NCBI GenBank assembly: GCA_903906135.1
Contig: CAIVJE010000114.1
Span: forward strand, 78 to 64,077
Reading direction: 5' to 3'
DNA from: an uncultured Verrucomicrobiota bacterium
GTDB lineage: Bacteria; Verrucomicrobiota; Verrucomicrobiia; Opitutales; Opitutaceae
Length of the DNA: 64,000 nucleotides
A model generated the notes under the pieces. It searched no databases and was not told the origin of the DNA. It was given only the letters and a program-made list of their open reading frames with translations. Every line of letters starts with the position of its first letter. The first letter of the stretch is position 1. The position numbers and the translations under genes were made by a program. Positions 9,163 to 19,138 of the stretch are shown one piece after another.

Positions 9163-10266
9163 TTAATTATTAAAGCGGAAGAGGGCGACGTCGCCGTCTT
9201 TGAAGACGTATTCCTTGCCCTCGAGGCGATATTTACCGGCTTCGCGGGCGGCGGCCACGCTGCCCAGGCGCGTGAGGTCTTCGTAGCTGACGATTTCTGC
9301 TTTGATGAAACCTTTCTCAAAATCCGTGTGAATGACGCCGGCAGCTTGGGGTGCCTTCCAGCCCTGCTTGATCGTCCAGCAGCGCACTTCTTTTTCGCCG
9401 GCGGTGAAGTAGGTCATTAATCCAAGCAGGCCATAAGTGCCTTTGATGAGCGCCGAGACGCCAGAATCATCAACGCCGAGATCCTTCAGAAAGGCTTTAG
9501 CTTCTTCGGGGGCCAAATCAATGAGCTCGGCTTCGATGCGCGCACTGATCGGCACGTAAGCGGCGTCGTGGTGGGTCCGCACATATTCGGCCACTTTCTG
9601 GACGAATGGGTTTTGTTCGGCGGTCGCCAGATCCGACTCGGCGACATTGCAGGCGAAGAGCACGGGCTTAGCGGTGAGCAGTTGAAACAATTTCATCAAC
9701 GCCACTTCTTCGGGCGTGGCCACGAGCGTGTTGGCCGTCTTGCCGGAATTGAGGTGAGGCGTAAGTTTTTCGAGGAGGGCTAGCTCAATAATCGCTTCCT
9801 TGTCACCTGACTTCGCATTTTTTTGAGTTTTGGTAATGCGCTTCGCGACGGCCTCGAGATCAGAGAGAACGAGTTCAGTTGTAATGACCTCAATATCACG
9901 CACCGGATCAACACTGCCCATCGTGTGGATGATATCCGGATCCTCAAAGCAGCGGACGACTTGGAGAATGGCATCGACCTCGCGGATGGTGGCGAGAAAT
10001 TGATTGCCGAGCCCTTCGCCCTTGCTGGCCCCGGCGACGAGGCCGGCGATGTCCACGAATTCGATGGCGGCGGGCACCACGATATTCGTTTTGGCAATGC
10101 TCTTGAGCACGTAAGCGCGCTCATCGGGTACGATCACGACGCCCACGTTGGGATCGATCGTGCAAAACGGATAGTTTGCTGCCTCCGCCTTACGGGAACG
10201 GGTGAGAGCGTTGAAGAGAGTGGATTTACCCACATTGGGGAGTCCGACGATGCCTGCTTTTAGCAT
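9163..10266 (-). CDS. ychF: redox-regulated ribosome-binding ATPase YchF
   Basis: 367-aa ORF. It has [18 protein letters not shown], an NVxE-type G4 region and the C-terminal TGS-like domain ([27 protein letters not shown]). Confidence 0.95.
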   Translation of the reverse strand: MLKAGIVGLPNVGKSTLFNALTRSRKAEAANYPFCTIDPNVGVVIVPDERAYVLKSIAKTNIVVPAAIEFVDIAGLVAGASKGEGLGNQFLATIREVDAILQVVRCFEDPDIIHTMGSVDPVRDIEVITTELVLSDLEAVAKRITKTQKNAKSGDKEAIIELALLEKLTPHLNSGKTANTLVATPEEVALMKLFQLLTAKPVLFACNVAESDLATAEQNPFVQKVAEYVRTHHDAAYVPISARIEAELIDLAPEEAKAFLKDLGVDDSGVSALIKGTYGLLGLMTYFTAGEKEVRCWTIKQGWKAPQAAGVIHTDFEKGFIKAEIVSYEDLTRLGSVAAAREAGKYRLEGKEYVFKDGDVALFRFNN

Positions 10267-10393
10267 AAAATAGGTGGGTGTAAGGGTCGAATCAGCGGGG
10301 GCACTGGGGGCTTGACAAGAGCAAACTTGTGCCGTGCATTCTCACCCTTTTCCTAACGACACCTGTACTCTTTTAAGCAACCAGACACATCAA

Positions 10394-10648
10394 ATGGCAC
10401 TCAAAATTCGTCTTTCTCGCGTCGGCACCAAAAACGAACCGCATTATCGCGTGGTCGTAGCTGAAGAGCGTTCCCGTCGCGATGGCGACGCTGTCGAACA
10501 GATCGGCTCGTACAATCCACGCGCCAAGGGCAACCCAATGATTATCAAGCTCGACCGCGTTGATTACTGGGTTTCGAAGGGCGCTAAGCCCACGTCGACG
10601 ATGCACGCGATGATCAAGCGCGCCCGCCGCGCCGTGCCGGCTGCCTAA
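10394..10648 (+). CDS. rpsP: 30S ribosomal protein S16
   Basis: MALKIRLSRVGTKNEPHYRVVVAE... is a canonical S16 N-terminus. The ORF-track start at 10334 adds 20 non-homologous residues. Confidence 0.93.
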   Translation: MALKIRLSRVGTKNEPHYRVVVAEERSRRDGDAVEQIGSYNPRAKGNPMIIKLDRVDYWVSKGAKPTSTMHAMIKRARRAVPAA

Positions 10649-10676
10649 GTCAGCGATTTTATCGTTCGTAACCTTT

Positions 10677-10704
10677 AAGGTTCGGCTCGCGCCGAACCTT
10701 TTTT
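10677..10704 (+). terminator. rho-independent terminator-like hairpin downstream of rpsP
   Basis: AAGGTTCGGC-tcgc-GCCGAACCTT forms a 10-bp perfect stem with a 4-nt loop, followed by TTTT. Confidence 0.6.
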
Positions 10705-10720
10705 ATTGGATAATCGCCCC

Positions 10721-11389
10721 ATGCGCATCGACGTACTGACGCTATTTCCACCCATGCTCGACGGATTTTTGTCCGAGAGTATGCTTGGCCGCGCGCAGGA
10801 GGCTAAGCTTTTGGAGGTTAAAGTGCATAATCTGCGGGACTGGTCTACCGATAAGCATCACACGACTGATGACCGCCCATTTGGCGGAGGTGCGGGCATG
10901 GTTTTAAGGTGCGAACCGGTCTTCGCTGCCATCGAGCAATTACAGACCCCAGGTTGCCGGCGCATTTATTTGACCCCGGATGGCACGCCACTCTCCCCAG
11001 CCCTCGCTCTGGAGCTATCCCAGCAGCAGCATTTGATCATGCTGAGCGGCCATTATGAAGGGATTGATCAGCGGATTCGGGAAAAAGTCATCGATCAGGA
11101 GATTAGTATCGGGGATTATGTACTTACCAACGGCACACTTGCGGCGGCGGTGGTGATTGATGCTTTGGCCCGTTTTATCCCTGGTGTACTCGGCGAAGAA
11201 AAGTCGTTGACGACCGAAAGTTTCACCAGCAAGTTGCTCGACTTTCCTCAATTCACGCGTCCTGCCGTTTATCGCGACATGTCCGTGCCAGAAGTTCTCC
11301 TCTCGGGGAATCATGGCGAAATAGAGAAGTGGCGGCACGCGCAGCAATTGAAGAAAACCCAGCAAGTTCGTCCCGATTTACTCACATAA
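10721..11389 (+). CDS. trmD: tRNA (guanine37-N1)-methyltransferase TrmD
   Basis: MRIDVLTLFPPMLDGFL... together with GHYEGIDQR and GDYVLTNG motifs. ATG 10721 is preferred over TTG 10706. Confidence 0.93.
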   Translation: MRIDVLTLFPPMLDGFLSESMLGRAQEAKLLEVKVHNLRDWSTDKHHTTDDRPFGGGAGMVLRCEPVFAAIEQLQTPGCRRIYLTPDGTPLSPALALELSQQQHLIMLSGHYEGIDQRIREKVIDQEISIGDYVLTNGTLAAAVVIDALARFIPGVLGEEKSLTTESFTSKLLDFPQFTRPAVYRDMSVPEVLLSGNHGEIEKWRHAQQLKKTQQVRPDLLT

Positions 11390-11395
11390 CCAGCT

Positions 11396-11788
11396 ATGAA
11401 TCCTATTATCCAAGAAATCACCGCCGCTCAGGTGAAACATAAAGTTGCGCCGTTTAAAGTCGGCGACGGTGTCCGCGTGCACACCAAAGTCCGCGAGGGA
11501 GATAAGGAGCGCGTACAGATTTTCACCGGTGTGGTCATTGCCCACAAAGGCAGCGGTATCCACGAGACCTTCACGGTCCGCCGCATCAGCTACGGCGAGG
11601 GCGTCGAGCGCGTGTTCCCTGTTAACTCACCAAACCTCGAGAAGATCGAGGTAGAGAAAGACTCCAAGCCCGGCAAGGCCCGGCTTTATTACCTGCGTGA
11701 TCGCACCGGTAAGGCGGCTATGGCCGTTAAGGAAAAGCGCTATGACCCAACGGCCAAAGCCGCGGCTAAAGCCGCCGCCAAAGCCTAA
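11396..11788 (+). CDS. rplS: 50S ribosomal protein L19 with a short Ala/Lys-rich C-terminal extension
   Basis: It carries the L19 core FKVGDGVRVHTKVREGDKERVQIFTGVVIAHKG...TFTVRRISYGEGVERVFP. It sits in the rpsP-trmD-rplS context. Confidence 0.93.
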   Translation: MNPIIQEITAAQVKHKVAPFKVGDGVRVHTKVREGDKERVQIFTGVVIAHKGSGIHETFTVRRISYGEGVERVFPVNSPNLEKIEVEKDSKPGKARLYYLRDRTGKAAMAVKEKRYDPTAKAAAKAAAKA

Positions 11789-11818
11789 GCTAACGTCCTT
11801 AGTTTATTGTTAGCGTCG

Positions 11819-11848
11819 GGCGGGATCATTGATCCCGCCTTTTTCTTT
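11819..11848 (+). terminator. rho-independent terminator downstream of rplS
   Basis: GGCGGGATC-att-GATCCCGCC forms a 9-bp GC-rich stem, followed by TTTTTCTTT. Confidence 0.65.
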
Positions 11849-12005
11849 GGTTCATTTGAAGCGCTCGCTTGAGCGTCAATCGCCGTTGCCGTTGCCGTTC
11901 TCGGCATCGGTTGTTCGCGCCGGGTCCTATTTATGCCAATAATTGAGCTTTGCAGGCTGGGGTATCCCACCGTAATTCAAGTTCACCCCTGCGTCTTTTA
12001 AAATC

Positions 12006-13997
12006 ATGAAACTTTCGACTGAGATTCTTTCCCAAGCCTCTGCTCAAGCTCGTGGCCTCGCTATCGATGCCATTCATAAGTGTTCCTCGGGACACCTTGG
12101 TCTACCACTGGGGTGTGCTGAAATCGGTGCCGTGCTCTACGGCCATGCTTTGGTGCATAATCCTGATGAACCCCGTTGGCTGAACCGCGATCGCTTTGTG
12201 CTCTCGGCTGGGCACGGTTCGATGTTTCTCTACACGTGGCTGCACCTGAGCGGCTACGATCTATCCCTCGAGGAATTAAAAAACTTCCGCGTTCTCCATA
12301 GCAAAACGCCGGGTCATCCGGAATTTCACGAGACGCCTGGCGTCGAGGCGACTACCGGCCCGCTGGGTCAAGGCATCGGCAATGCCGTTGGCCTCGCGCT
12401 GTCTGGCCAGATGGCCGCCGCGCATTTTAATACACCCACCCAGAAGATTTTTGATCATCACATTCTGTGTTTGGCGGGGGACGGCTGCATGCAGGAAGGG
12501 GTCGCGATGGAGGCGTGCGCTTTCGCTGGTCACCAAGGGCTCGATAATTTGATTCTGATTTACGATTCTAATGACGTCACCCTCGACGCGATGGCGGATA
12601 AGTCGCAGAGCGAAAACACTGCCGCCCGGTTTAAGGCGATTGGCTGGGATGTGCAGACGCTGCCCAATGGCCACGATCTCAGCGCGATTCTCAAAGCAAT
12701 TACTAAAGCCAAAAAAGCTAAGAGCGGCCAACCGCAGTTGATTATTGCGAAGACCGTGATTGGGCAGGGTATTCCGGAAGTAGCGGGGACCTCAAAGGGT
12801 CACGGCGAGGGTGGGGCGAAATTTGCGGCGGCGGCGCGGCAGGGACTCGGCTTGCCAGCAGATCAGCATTTTTATGTGAGTGACGCCGTGCAGGTTTATT
12901 TTGCTGAGCATAAAAAACGGCTCAAGCGCGGTTATAATAAGTGGAAAAAACTTTACGCAGCTTGGCGCACGGCAGAGCCAGCTAAATCAGCTCTGCTCGA
13001 GCAGGCCGGCGCGACGCCGAGCGCAGCGCACTTGCTGACCAAGATGCCGCTGTTTCCCGTCGACGCTAAACTCGCCACTCGCGCCGCGGGCAGCAATGTA
13101 TTGCAGCCACTGGCCGCTGAGTTACCCCTCCTGATTTCCGGCAGCGCGGATCTCCACGGCTCGACGTTGAATTATATCTCGGCTGATAAAGACTTTGATC
13201 GCACCAATCGCCTTGGGCGCAATTTGCGTTATGGTATTCGTGAACACGGCATGGCGGCGATTTGCAACGGGGTAGCTTATGATGGGATTTTCCGGCCCTC
13301 CTGTGCGACGTTCTTGGTTTTTGCTGATTACTCCCGTCCGGCGATGCGGATTGCGGCACTCGCCAAATTGCCGGTGATTTATATCTACACGCACGATTCC
13401 ATTGGTGTGGGTGAAGATGGTCCTACTCATCAACCGGTGGAGACCGTTTCGGGTTTACGGGTTATCCCCAATCTCGATGTCATTCGCCCAGCTGATCCCG
13501 AGGAAACGGCCGGAGCCTTCGCTGCCGCGTTGGAACGCACATCCGGCCCGACCCTTTTGTCGCTCACGCGTCAGGCCGTGCCGATGCTGAATGATTGTTC
13601 CCCGCACGAACGGCGATCCGGCGTGTTAAAAGGCGGCTATATTTTGATTCAGGAAACCGCTCCGTTAACGCATATTTTGCTCGCGAGCGGTAGTGAGGTT
13701 CAATGGGCCGTTGCCGCAGCCAAGACTCTGGGTGCCGGCACTCGCGTGGTCTCGATGCCGTCATTTATGCGCTTTGATCAGCAACCCGCTGCTTATCGCG
13801 AAGCAATCTTGCCCGCAGCTTGTCGTAAACGCGTCGCGATCGAGGCCGGCGTCACGGCGCTGTGGCATAAATACGTCGGACTGGACGGCCACGTCATTGG
13901 CATCGATCGCTTCGGTCTCAGCGCCCCGGGCAATATTGCCATGAAAGAGCTCGGGATCACGACTGAGGCGGTCGTAGCAGCTGCGCGGGCTTTGTAA
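12006..13997 (+). CDS. tkt: transketolase
   Basis: 663-aa ORF. It has SGHLG, the TPP motif GDGCMQEGV and the [18 protein letters not shown] signature. Confidence 0.95.
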   Translation: MKLSTEILSQASAQARGLAIDAIHKCSSGHLGLPLGCAEIGAVLYGHALVHNPDEPRWLNRDRFVLSAGHGSMFLYTWLHLSGYDLSLEELKNFRVLHSKTPGHPEFHETPGVEATTGPLGQGIGNAVGLALSGQMAAAHFNTPTQKIFDHHILCLAGDGCMQEGVAMEACAFAGHQGLDNLILIYDSNDVTLDAMADKSQSENTAARFKAIGWDVQTLPNGHDLSAILKAITKAKKAKSGQPQLIIAKTVIGQGIPEVAGTSKGHGEGGAKFAAAARQGLGLPADQHFYVSDAVQVYFAEHKKRLKRGYNKWKKLYAAWRTAEPAKSALLEQAGATPSAAHLLTKMPLFPVDAKLATRAAGSNVLQPLAAELPLLISGSADLHGSTLNYISADKDFDRTNRLGRNLRYGIREHGMAAICNGVAYDGIFRPSCATFLVFADYSRPAMRIAALAKLPVIYIYTHDSIGVGEDGPTHQPVETVSGLRVIPNLDVIRPADPEETAGAFAAALERTSGPTLLSLTRQAVPMLNDCSPHERRSGVLKGGYILIQETAPLTHILLASGSEVQWAVAAAKTLGAGTRVVSMPSFMRFDQQPAAYREAILPAACRKRVAIEAGVTALWHKYVGLDGHVIGIDRFGLSAPGNIAMKELGITTEAVVAAARAL

Positions 13998-14196
13998 GCG
14001 TCTTCCGAGCGAGATCGCTCAATTACTCGTAATCAAAGTAGGTCTACTATGAGAACGCTTGATTGAGTGTTTATTGGGTTTTTCCTTCGCCAACTCAGTT
14101 TAAATTTAATCTGCGATGCCGACAACTTGGCGCCCAGATTTTGCAAAAGACTCCTTGCGAAAATCATTAGGAGGCTAACTGTCTGTTGCCGTACTT

Positions 14197-14778
14197 ATGC
14201 CTTATTTGCTCATCAAAGATCTTCCGCGCTACGACTGTCTGTTAAAGGCAGCCAAAGAGTTTCCTGATCTTGATCCTTCTGCCGCTGAGGCATTTCTGCA
14301 TCTTCTTCGAACGGGCGATGAGGTCTTTTCAGTCACAGATCGCAGCATGGTTGAGCACCATATTTCCCAAGGTCGTTTTGGGGTATTAATGTTGTTGTGG
14401 CGCAGCGCACAATCACGCCCCTTGGATTTGTTGGGCGGGGTTGATGCGAGCTTGCGGACGCCCGCAGAATTAGCCGACGCGGCGGGGGTAACTCGTGCGA
14501 CGATGACCGGTCTCGTGGATACGCTGGAGCGAGATGGTTTTGTTAAGCGGGAACCCGACCCTAATGATCGTCGGATGATTTCAGTGCGCCTGACGAGCGG
14601 TGGGGAGCGATTTTTGCAAGATTTTTTACCCGGACATTTCAAAACTATCACGGCGCTGATGAGTCCGCTGAGTGAGAGTGAGCGTAAAACGCTGGTTGGC
14701 TTGCTCGGTAAAATCCAGCAGCAGGCGGCGGTCTTGGGCTTAGCCAAGCCGGTGTCGGCGCTGGTGCCCGTGGGCTAA
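14197..14778 (+). CDS. MarR-family transcriptional regulator
   Basis: 193-aa ORF with a winged-helix region ELADAAGVTRATMTGLVDTLERDGFVKREPDPNDRRMISVRLTSGG. It lies immediately upstream of an RND efflux operon. Confidence 0.85.
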   Translation: MPYLLIKDLPRYDCLLKAAKEFPDLDPSAAEAFLHLLRTGDEVFSVTDRSMVEHHISQGRFGVLMLLWRSAQSRPLDLLGGVDASLRTPAELADAAGVTRATMTGLVDTLERDGFVKREPDPNDRRMISVRLTSGGERFLQDFLPGHFKTITALMSPLSESERKTLVGLLGKIQQQAAVLGLAKPVSALVPVG

Positions 14779-14813
14779 TTCAATTTCTAAAATTAATTCT
14801 GATATTTTTATTT

Positions 14814-15935
14814 ATGTTTAAAAAATTCCTCATCGCCTTCGGCGGTTTCATCTTAGTGGTGGCGACGCTTGGTGCCGTCAAAGTTGCTCAGATTAAAAAA
14901 TTATCGTCGACCCCGCGGCTCGCGCCGGTCAGCGCGGTCACGACGAGCACCGCCGTTGCAGTTACATGGTACCCACTGCTTCAGGCCATTGGCTCCTTGG
15001 CGCCAGTGGAAGGCGTCACGGTCAGTGCCGATGCAGATGGGACGATTGTTAAAATTGGCGCCGAGAGTGGCACGCTCGTCGCCGCAGGGGCTTTGTTGGT
15101 GGAGCTTGATACGAGCGTCGAGTCGGCGCAGTTGAATGCCATACAGGCACGGGGTGAACTGGCGCGGATTAATATGGCGCGGGCCCAGGATCTCCTCGGG
15201 AGCAAGGCGATGGCGCAGTCTGAATATGATGCCATTGCGGCGGCTTATAAACAATCGCTTGCCGATGTGGCAGCACTGCAGGCGCTCATCGATAAGAAGC
15301 ATGTCCGCGCCCCTTTTGCCGGTCGGGTCGGCATTCGCTTAGTCAATGTTGGCCAATACGTCGCCAAGGGCCGCGCCTTGATGCCGCTCCAAAAACTTAA
15401 TCCGATTTTTGTTAATTTCAGTGTGCCGCAGCGGGAGTTACCCAATTTGATCATCGGACAAAAAACGGTGGTCAGCGTCGACGCTTTCCCCGGGGTCAAT
15501 TTTCCTGGAGCAATTTCTGCGATCAATTCCGAGGTTGATGCCGCGACGCGCAATTTAGGGGTGCAAGCAACGCTGGCCAATCCCGCTGAGGTGCTCCGCG
15601 CCGGTATGTTTGCTCAGGTGTTTATTGAATTACCCGTGCCCTCCGCCAAAATTGTCTTACCGGCCACCGCCATCGCCTACGCCTCCTACGGCAATTCGGT
15701 CTTTATTGTCGAAAAAATGAAAAACAAAGAGGGGGCTGAGTACCTCGGCGTACGCCAGCAAATCGTCAAACTTGGCGTCACGCGGGGCGATCTTATCGCC
15801 ATTGAGGAAGGGGTTAAGGCGGGTGAAGTGGTCGTCACCACCGGAGTTTTCAAACTGCGCAACGGAGCCGCCGTCCAAATTAATAATACGGTCCGTCCCT
15901 CCGATAGCGCTACGCCCAAACCATCAAATACCTGA
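14814..15935 (+). CDS. efflux RND transporter periplasmic adaptor (membrane fusion protein)
   Basis: 373-aa ORF. It has an N-terminal TM anchor and HlyD/AcrA-like coiled-coil and barrel segments (VRAPFAGRVGIRLVNVGQYV). Confidence 0.9.
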   Translation: MFKKFLIAFGGFILVVATLGAVKVAQIKKLSSTPRLAPVSAVTTSTAVAVTWYPLLQAIGSLAPVEGVTVSADADGTIVKIGAESGTLVAAGALLVELDTSVESAQLNAIQARGELARINMARAQDLLGSKAMAQSEYDAIAAAYKQSLADVAALQALIDKKHVRAPFAGRVGIRLVNVGQYVAKGRALMPLQKLNPIFVNFSVPQRELPNLIIGQKTVVSVDAFPGVNFPGAISAINSEVDAATRNLGVQATLANPAEVLRAGMFAQVFIELPVPSAKIVLPATAIAYASYGNSVFIVEKMKNKEGAEYLGVRQQIVKLGVTRGDLIAIEEGVKAGEVVVTTGVFKLRNGAAVQINNTVRPSDSATPKPSNT

Positions 15936-16011
15936 ATGCAGGGCTGAGGCAACGTGATCGCTCGATCACGCGTCGCTTCAGTACCAGCGAGTTTACATTT
16001 TTGTTCGTCCT

Positions 16012-19000
16012 ATGAAATTTTCCTTTACCGACCTGTTCATTCGCAAACCCGTCATCGCGCTGGTGGTTAACTTGGTCATTCTGATCGTCGGTTTGGTCTC
16101 CTACACTAAGCTCAATACCCGCCAGTATCCTCGCAGCGACAGCGCGGTCGTTAATGTGACCACGATTTATTTCGGGGCCAGCGCGGACACGGTTCGCGGC
16201 TACATTACCACTCAACTGGAGCGCAGCATTTCGAGTGCCGATGGGATCGATTACATCGAGTCGACTAGCACAGCCGGCATTAGCACGATTAAGGTTTATC
16301 TCCGGCTGAACTACGACACCAACGCCGCGCTGGCGCAGATTAGCTCAAAAATTGATCAGGTGCGCAACGAGTTGCCGCCCGGTTCGGAGACGCCGACGAT
16401 CAACGTGGAGACGGCGGATAGCCAATTTGCTTCTGCTTACCTGAGTTTCTACTCCGACACACTCGATCAGAATCAAATCACCGACTATTTGAACCGCATG
16501 GTGCAGCCAAGGCTCTCCGCGGTTAAAGGTATTCAACGAGCGGATGTCTTAGGGGGGCGCGTATTCGCGATGCGGATTTGGTTGAAGCCCGAGGAACTCG
16601 CGGCGCGTGGTCTCAGTCCCTCTGATATCCGCGCCGCCCTGCAAGCGAACAACGCCCTGGCGGCCGTCGGGGCGACCAAGGGTTCGATGATTAGCGTCAG
16701 CTTGGTCGCCAATACTGATTTGAAGAATGTGGAAGAATTTAAGCAGTTGGTCGTCGCCCAGCGCAACGGCTCGATTATCCGGCTGAGGGATATCGCGGAG
16801 ATCGTCTTGGGCGCGGAAGATTACAACACCGAGGTAAAATTCGGCGGCCAAACGGCTACTTTTATGGGCCTCTGGGTTTTGCCGACGGACAGCACCGTAG
16901 AGGTGATCGCGCGCGCGCGGGCTATTATGCCGGAGATCGAGCGAGCCCTGCCGGCAGGGTTACACTTCAAACTCGCGTATGATGGGACGAAATACATCAG
17001 CGACGCGCTCACCGAGATTCTCCGCACGTTAATTGAAACGCTGCTCATTGTGATGGTGGTGATTTTCCTGTTTATGGGTTCGTTGCGTTCGGTGCTCATT
17101 CCGATCGTCGCGATGCCGCTTTCGCTGGTGGGTGCGCTCGCGCTCATGATGGCTTTTGGTTTTACGATCAACTTGCTTACCCTCCTCGCGGTGGTCTTGG
17201 CCGTCGGGATCGTGGTGGATGATGCGATCGTGGTGGTGGAAAATATTGAGCGCCATATCCGGGAGGGCCAAACACCCGTGGAGGCGGCCATTTTGGGCGC
17301 ACGGGAATTGGTGGGGCCGGTTATTTCAATGACGATTACCTTGGCCGCCGTTTATGCCCCGATTGCTTTTCAGGGTGGGCTAACGGGCGCGTTGTTCCGT
17401 GAGTTTGCGATGACGCTGGCTGGGGCGGTGGCGGTTTCCGGCTTTGTGGCACTCACGCTTTCGCCCATGATGAGTGCTTATTTACTTAAGGATCATGATC
17501 ACGAGGATCAAGGACTCAGCGGGCGCATTAATCGTGGTTTCGATCGCGTCCGGGATCGTTATGAAAAAATTATCGGAGCCAGCCTCGGCTGGGTGCCGGT
17601 AACGATTACGGGGGCGGCGCTGCTGACGCTCCTGATGGTCCCTTTCTTTATGTTCGCGCAGCGCGAACTCGCGCCCAAAGAAGACCAAGGGGTCGTCTTT
17701 AGTATTTTACAGCCGGCGCCAACGGCGACGATAGATCAAAATTCCCTCTTCGCGGCAGAGGTGCAGAAGATGTATGCGGCGGTGCCTGAATACGAAAACT
17801 CGTTTCAAGTGACCGGAGCCAATTTTGGCTTCGCTGGTCTCATTTTGAAACCGTGGTCCCAGCGCCAGCGTACGGCCGTGCAAATTCAAGAGTCGTTGCA
17901 AGCGCCGGCCGCCACCATCGCTGGGGTCCAACTTATCGTTACGACCCCCGAACCGCTACCCGCGGGTGGGCAATTCCCCATTGAATTGGTGATTCGCTCC
18001 ACGGACGGACATCGGGAAATGCTCGAGTACGCGCAGCAACTCGTCCTGTACGCCAACACCGAGGCAAATGCGGCCGGTGGGGCGCCTACTTTCTATTTTG
18101 CGGACAGCGATTTGAAATTCGATTTGCCCCAAGTCGAGATTGATATCGATAAAGACAAAGTTGCTTCCATGAGCCTCAACCTCAGCGACGTCGCTCGGGA
18201 TTTGGGCTCATTGCTTGGGGGCGGCTACGTCAACCGCTTCGTCAATGATGGGCGCAGCTACCGCGTGATTCCCCAAGTCGAGCGGAGTCAGCGCCTCAAC
18301 GCGGATCAACTCTTGAATTACAATGTGCGGGGACCGGCGGGCCAGCTGATTCCTTTGTCCACGATTGCGACCTTAAAACACACGGTGCAGCCGCGAACCT
18401 TGAATCGTTTCCAACAGCTTAACTCCGTGAAGATTACTGGCGTGGGGCCAAGTATCGATAATGCCTTAAAAAAATTAGAAGCCAAGGCGGCGGAGATTTT
18501 GCCCCCAGGTTACTCGATCGATTACGGTGGGCAGTCGCGCCAGCTACGCGTCGAGGGTGGGGCACTCTGGAAGGCCGCCGTGTTGTCGTTGGTGCTCATC
18601 TTTCTCGTCTTGGCGGCGCAATTTAACAGCTTTCGCGATCCGTTTATCATTCTGCTCGGCTCCGTGCCGCTCGCGCTGGTTGGGGCCATGGTGCCGATCT
18701 TTCTCTTGAAGACATCACTCAATATTTATTCGCAGATTGGGCTGATTACCCTCGTCGGCTTGATTGCTAAAAATGGTATCCTCATCGTAGAATTTGCTAA
18801 TACACTGCAAGCGCAGGGGATCACCAAGCGTGTGGCTATTCGACGGGCGGCGGCCACCCGACTGCGTCCCGTGCTCATGACCTCGGCGGCCACGGTGTTT
18901 GGCCATCTCATGCTGATCTTTGTCACGGGCCCAGGGGCAGCCGCCCGCAATAGCATTGGCTGGGTGCTGGTCGTCGGCATGGCCGTCGGGACCATCTTTA

Positions 19001-19107
19001 CTCTCTATGTCGTGCCAGCTTTCTACATGCTGATCGCGCGTGAACAGAATTCTACGCCCACGACTGGCGCGGCGCCTTCGTCAGGGCAACCCGTGCTCGC
19101 CAAGTGA
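16012..19107 (+). CDS. RND multidrug efflux permease (AcrB/AcrD/AcrF family)
   Basis: 1031-aa ORF with a 12-TM RND pattern, including FIRKPVIALVVNLVILIVG, VVDDAIVVVENIERH and GLIAKNGILIVEFAN. Confidence 0.95.
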   Translation: MKFSFTDLFIRKPVIALVVNLVILIVGLVSYTKLNTRQYPRSDSAVVNVTTIYFGASADTVRGYITTQLERSISSADGIDYIESTSTAGISTIKVYLRLNYDTNAALAQISSKIDQVRNELPPGSETPTINVETADSQFASAYLSFYSDTLDQNQITDYLNRMVQPRLSAVKGIQRADVLGGRVFAMRIWLKPEELAARGLSPSDIRAALQANNALAAVGATKGSMISVSLVANTDLKNVEEFKQLVVAQRNGSIIRLRDIAEIVLGAEDYNTEVKFGGQTATFMGLWVLPTDSTVEVIARARAIMPEIERALPAGLHFKLAYDGTKYISDALTEILRTLIETLLIVMVVIFLFMGSLRSVLIPIVAMPLSLVGALALMMAFGFTINLLTLLAVVLAVGIVVDDAIVVVENIERHIREGQTPVEAAILGARELVGPVISMTITLAAVYAPIAFQGGLTGALFREFAMTLAGAVAVSGFVALTLSPMMSAYLLKDHDHEDQGLSGRINRGFDRVRDRYEKIIGASLGWVPVTITGAALLTLLMVPFFMFAQRELAPKEDQGVVFSILQPAPTATIDQNSLFAAEVQKMYAAVPEYENSFQVTGANFGFAGLILKPWSQRQRTAVQIQESLQAPAATIAGVQLIVTTPEPLPAGGQFPIELVIRSTDGHREMLEYAQQLVLYANTEANAAGGAPTFYFADSDLKFDLPQVEIDIDKDKVASMSLNLSDVARDLGSLLGGGYVNRFVNDGRSYRVIPQVERSQRLNADQLLNYNVRGPAGQLIPLSTIATLKHTVQPRTLNRFQQLNSVKITGVGPSIDNALKKLEAKAAEILPPGYSIDYGGQSRQLRVEGGALWKAAVLSLVLIFLVLAAQFNSFRDPFIILLGSVPLALVGAMVPIFLLKTSLNIYSQIGLITLVGLIAKNGILIVEFANTLQAQGITKRVAIRRAAATRLRPVLMTSAATVFGHLMLIFVTGPGAAARNSIGWVLVVGMAVGTIFTLYVVPAFYMLIAREQNSTPTTGAAPSSGQPVLAK

Positions 19108-19138
19108 CCGACAAGCATCTTTTATCCCTCCTCGCTTT

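Noticed and set aside
10312-10340. A sigma70-like promoter guess upstream of rpsP: TTGACA (10312-10317), a 17-nt spacer, then TGCATT.
   Set aside because: The -10 element matches only 3 of 6 positions. The promoter consensus for this unidentified lineage is unknown.
11882-11899. A (GCCGTT)x3 microsatellite in the rplS-tkt intergenic region.
   Set aside because: Three short units are too few to argue for function or hypervariability. It is more likely chance in GC-rich DNA.
14139-14164. A 10-bp palindrome TTTTGCAAAA (14139-14148) plus a nearby half-site-like TTGCGAAAA (14155-14163) upstream of the MarR gene, which could be a MarR operator.
   Set aside because: This is plausible, but a single short AT-rich palindrome cannot be distinguished from chance without comparative or binding data, so I did not list it as a feature.
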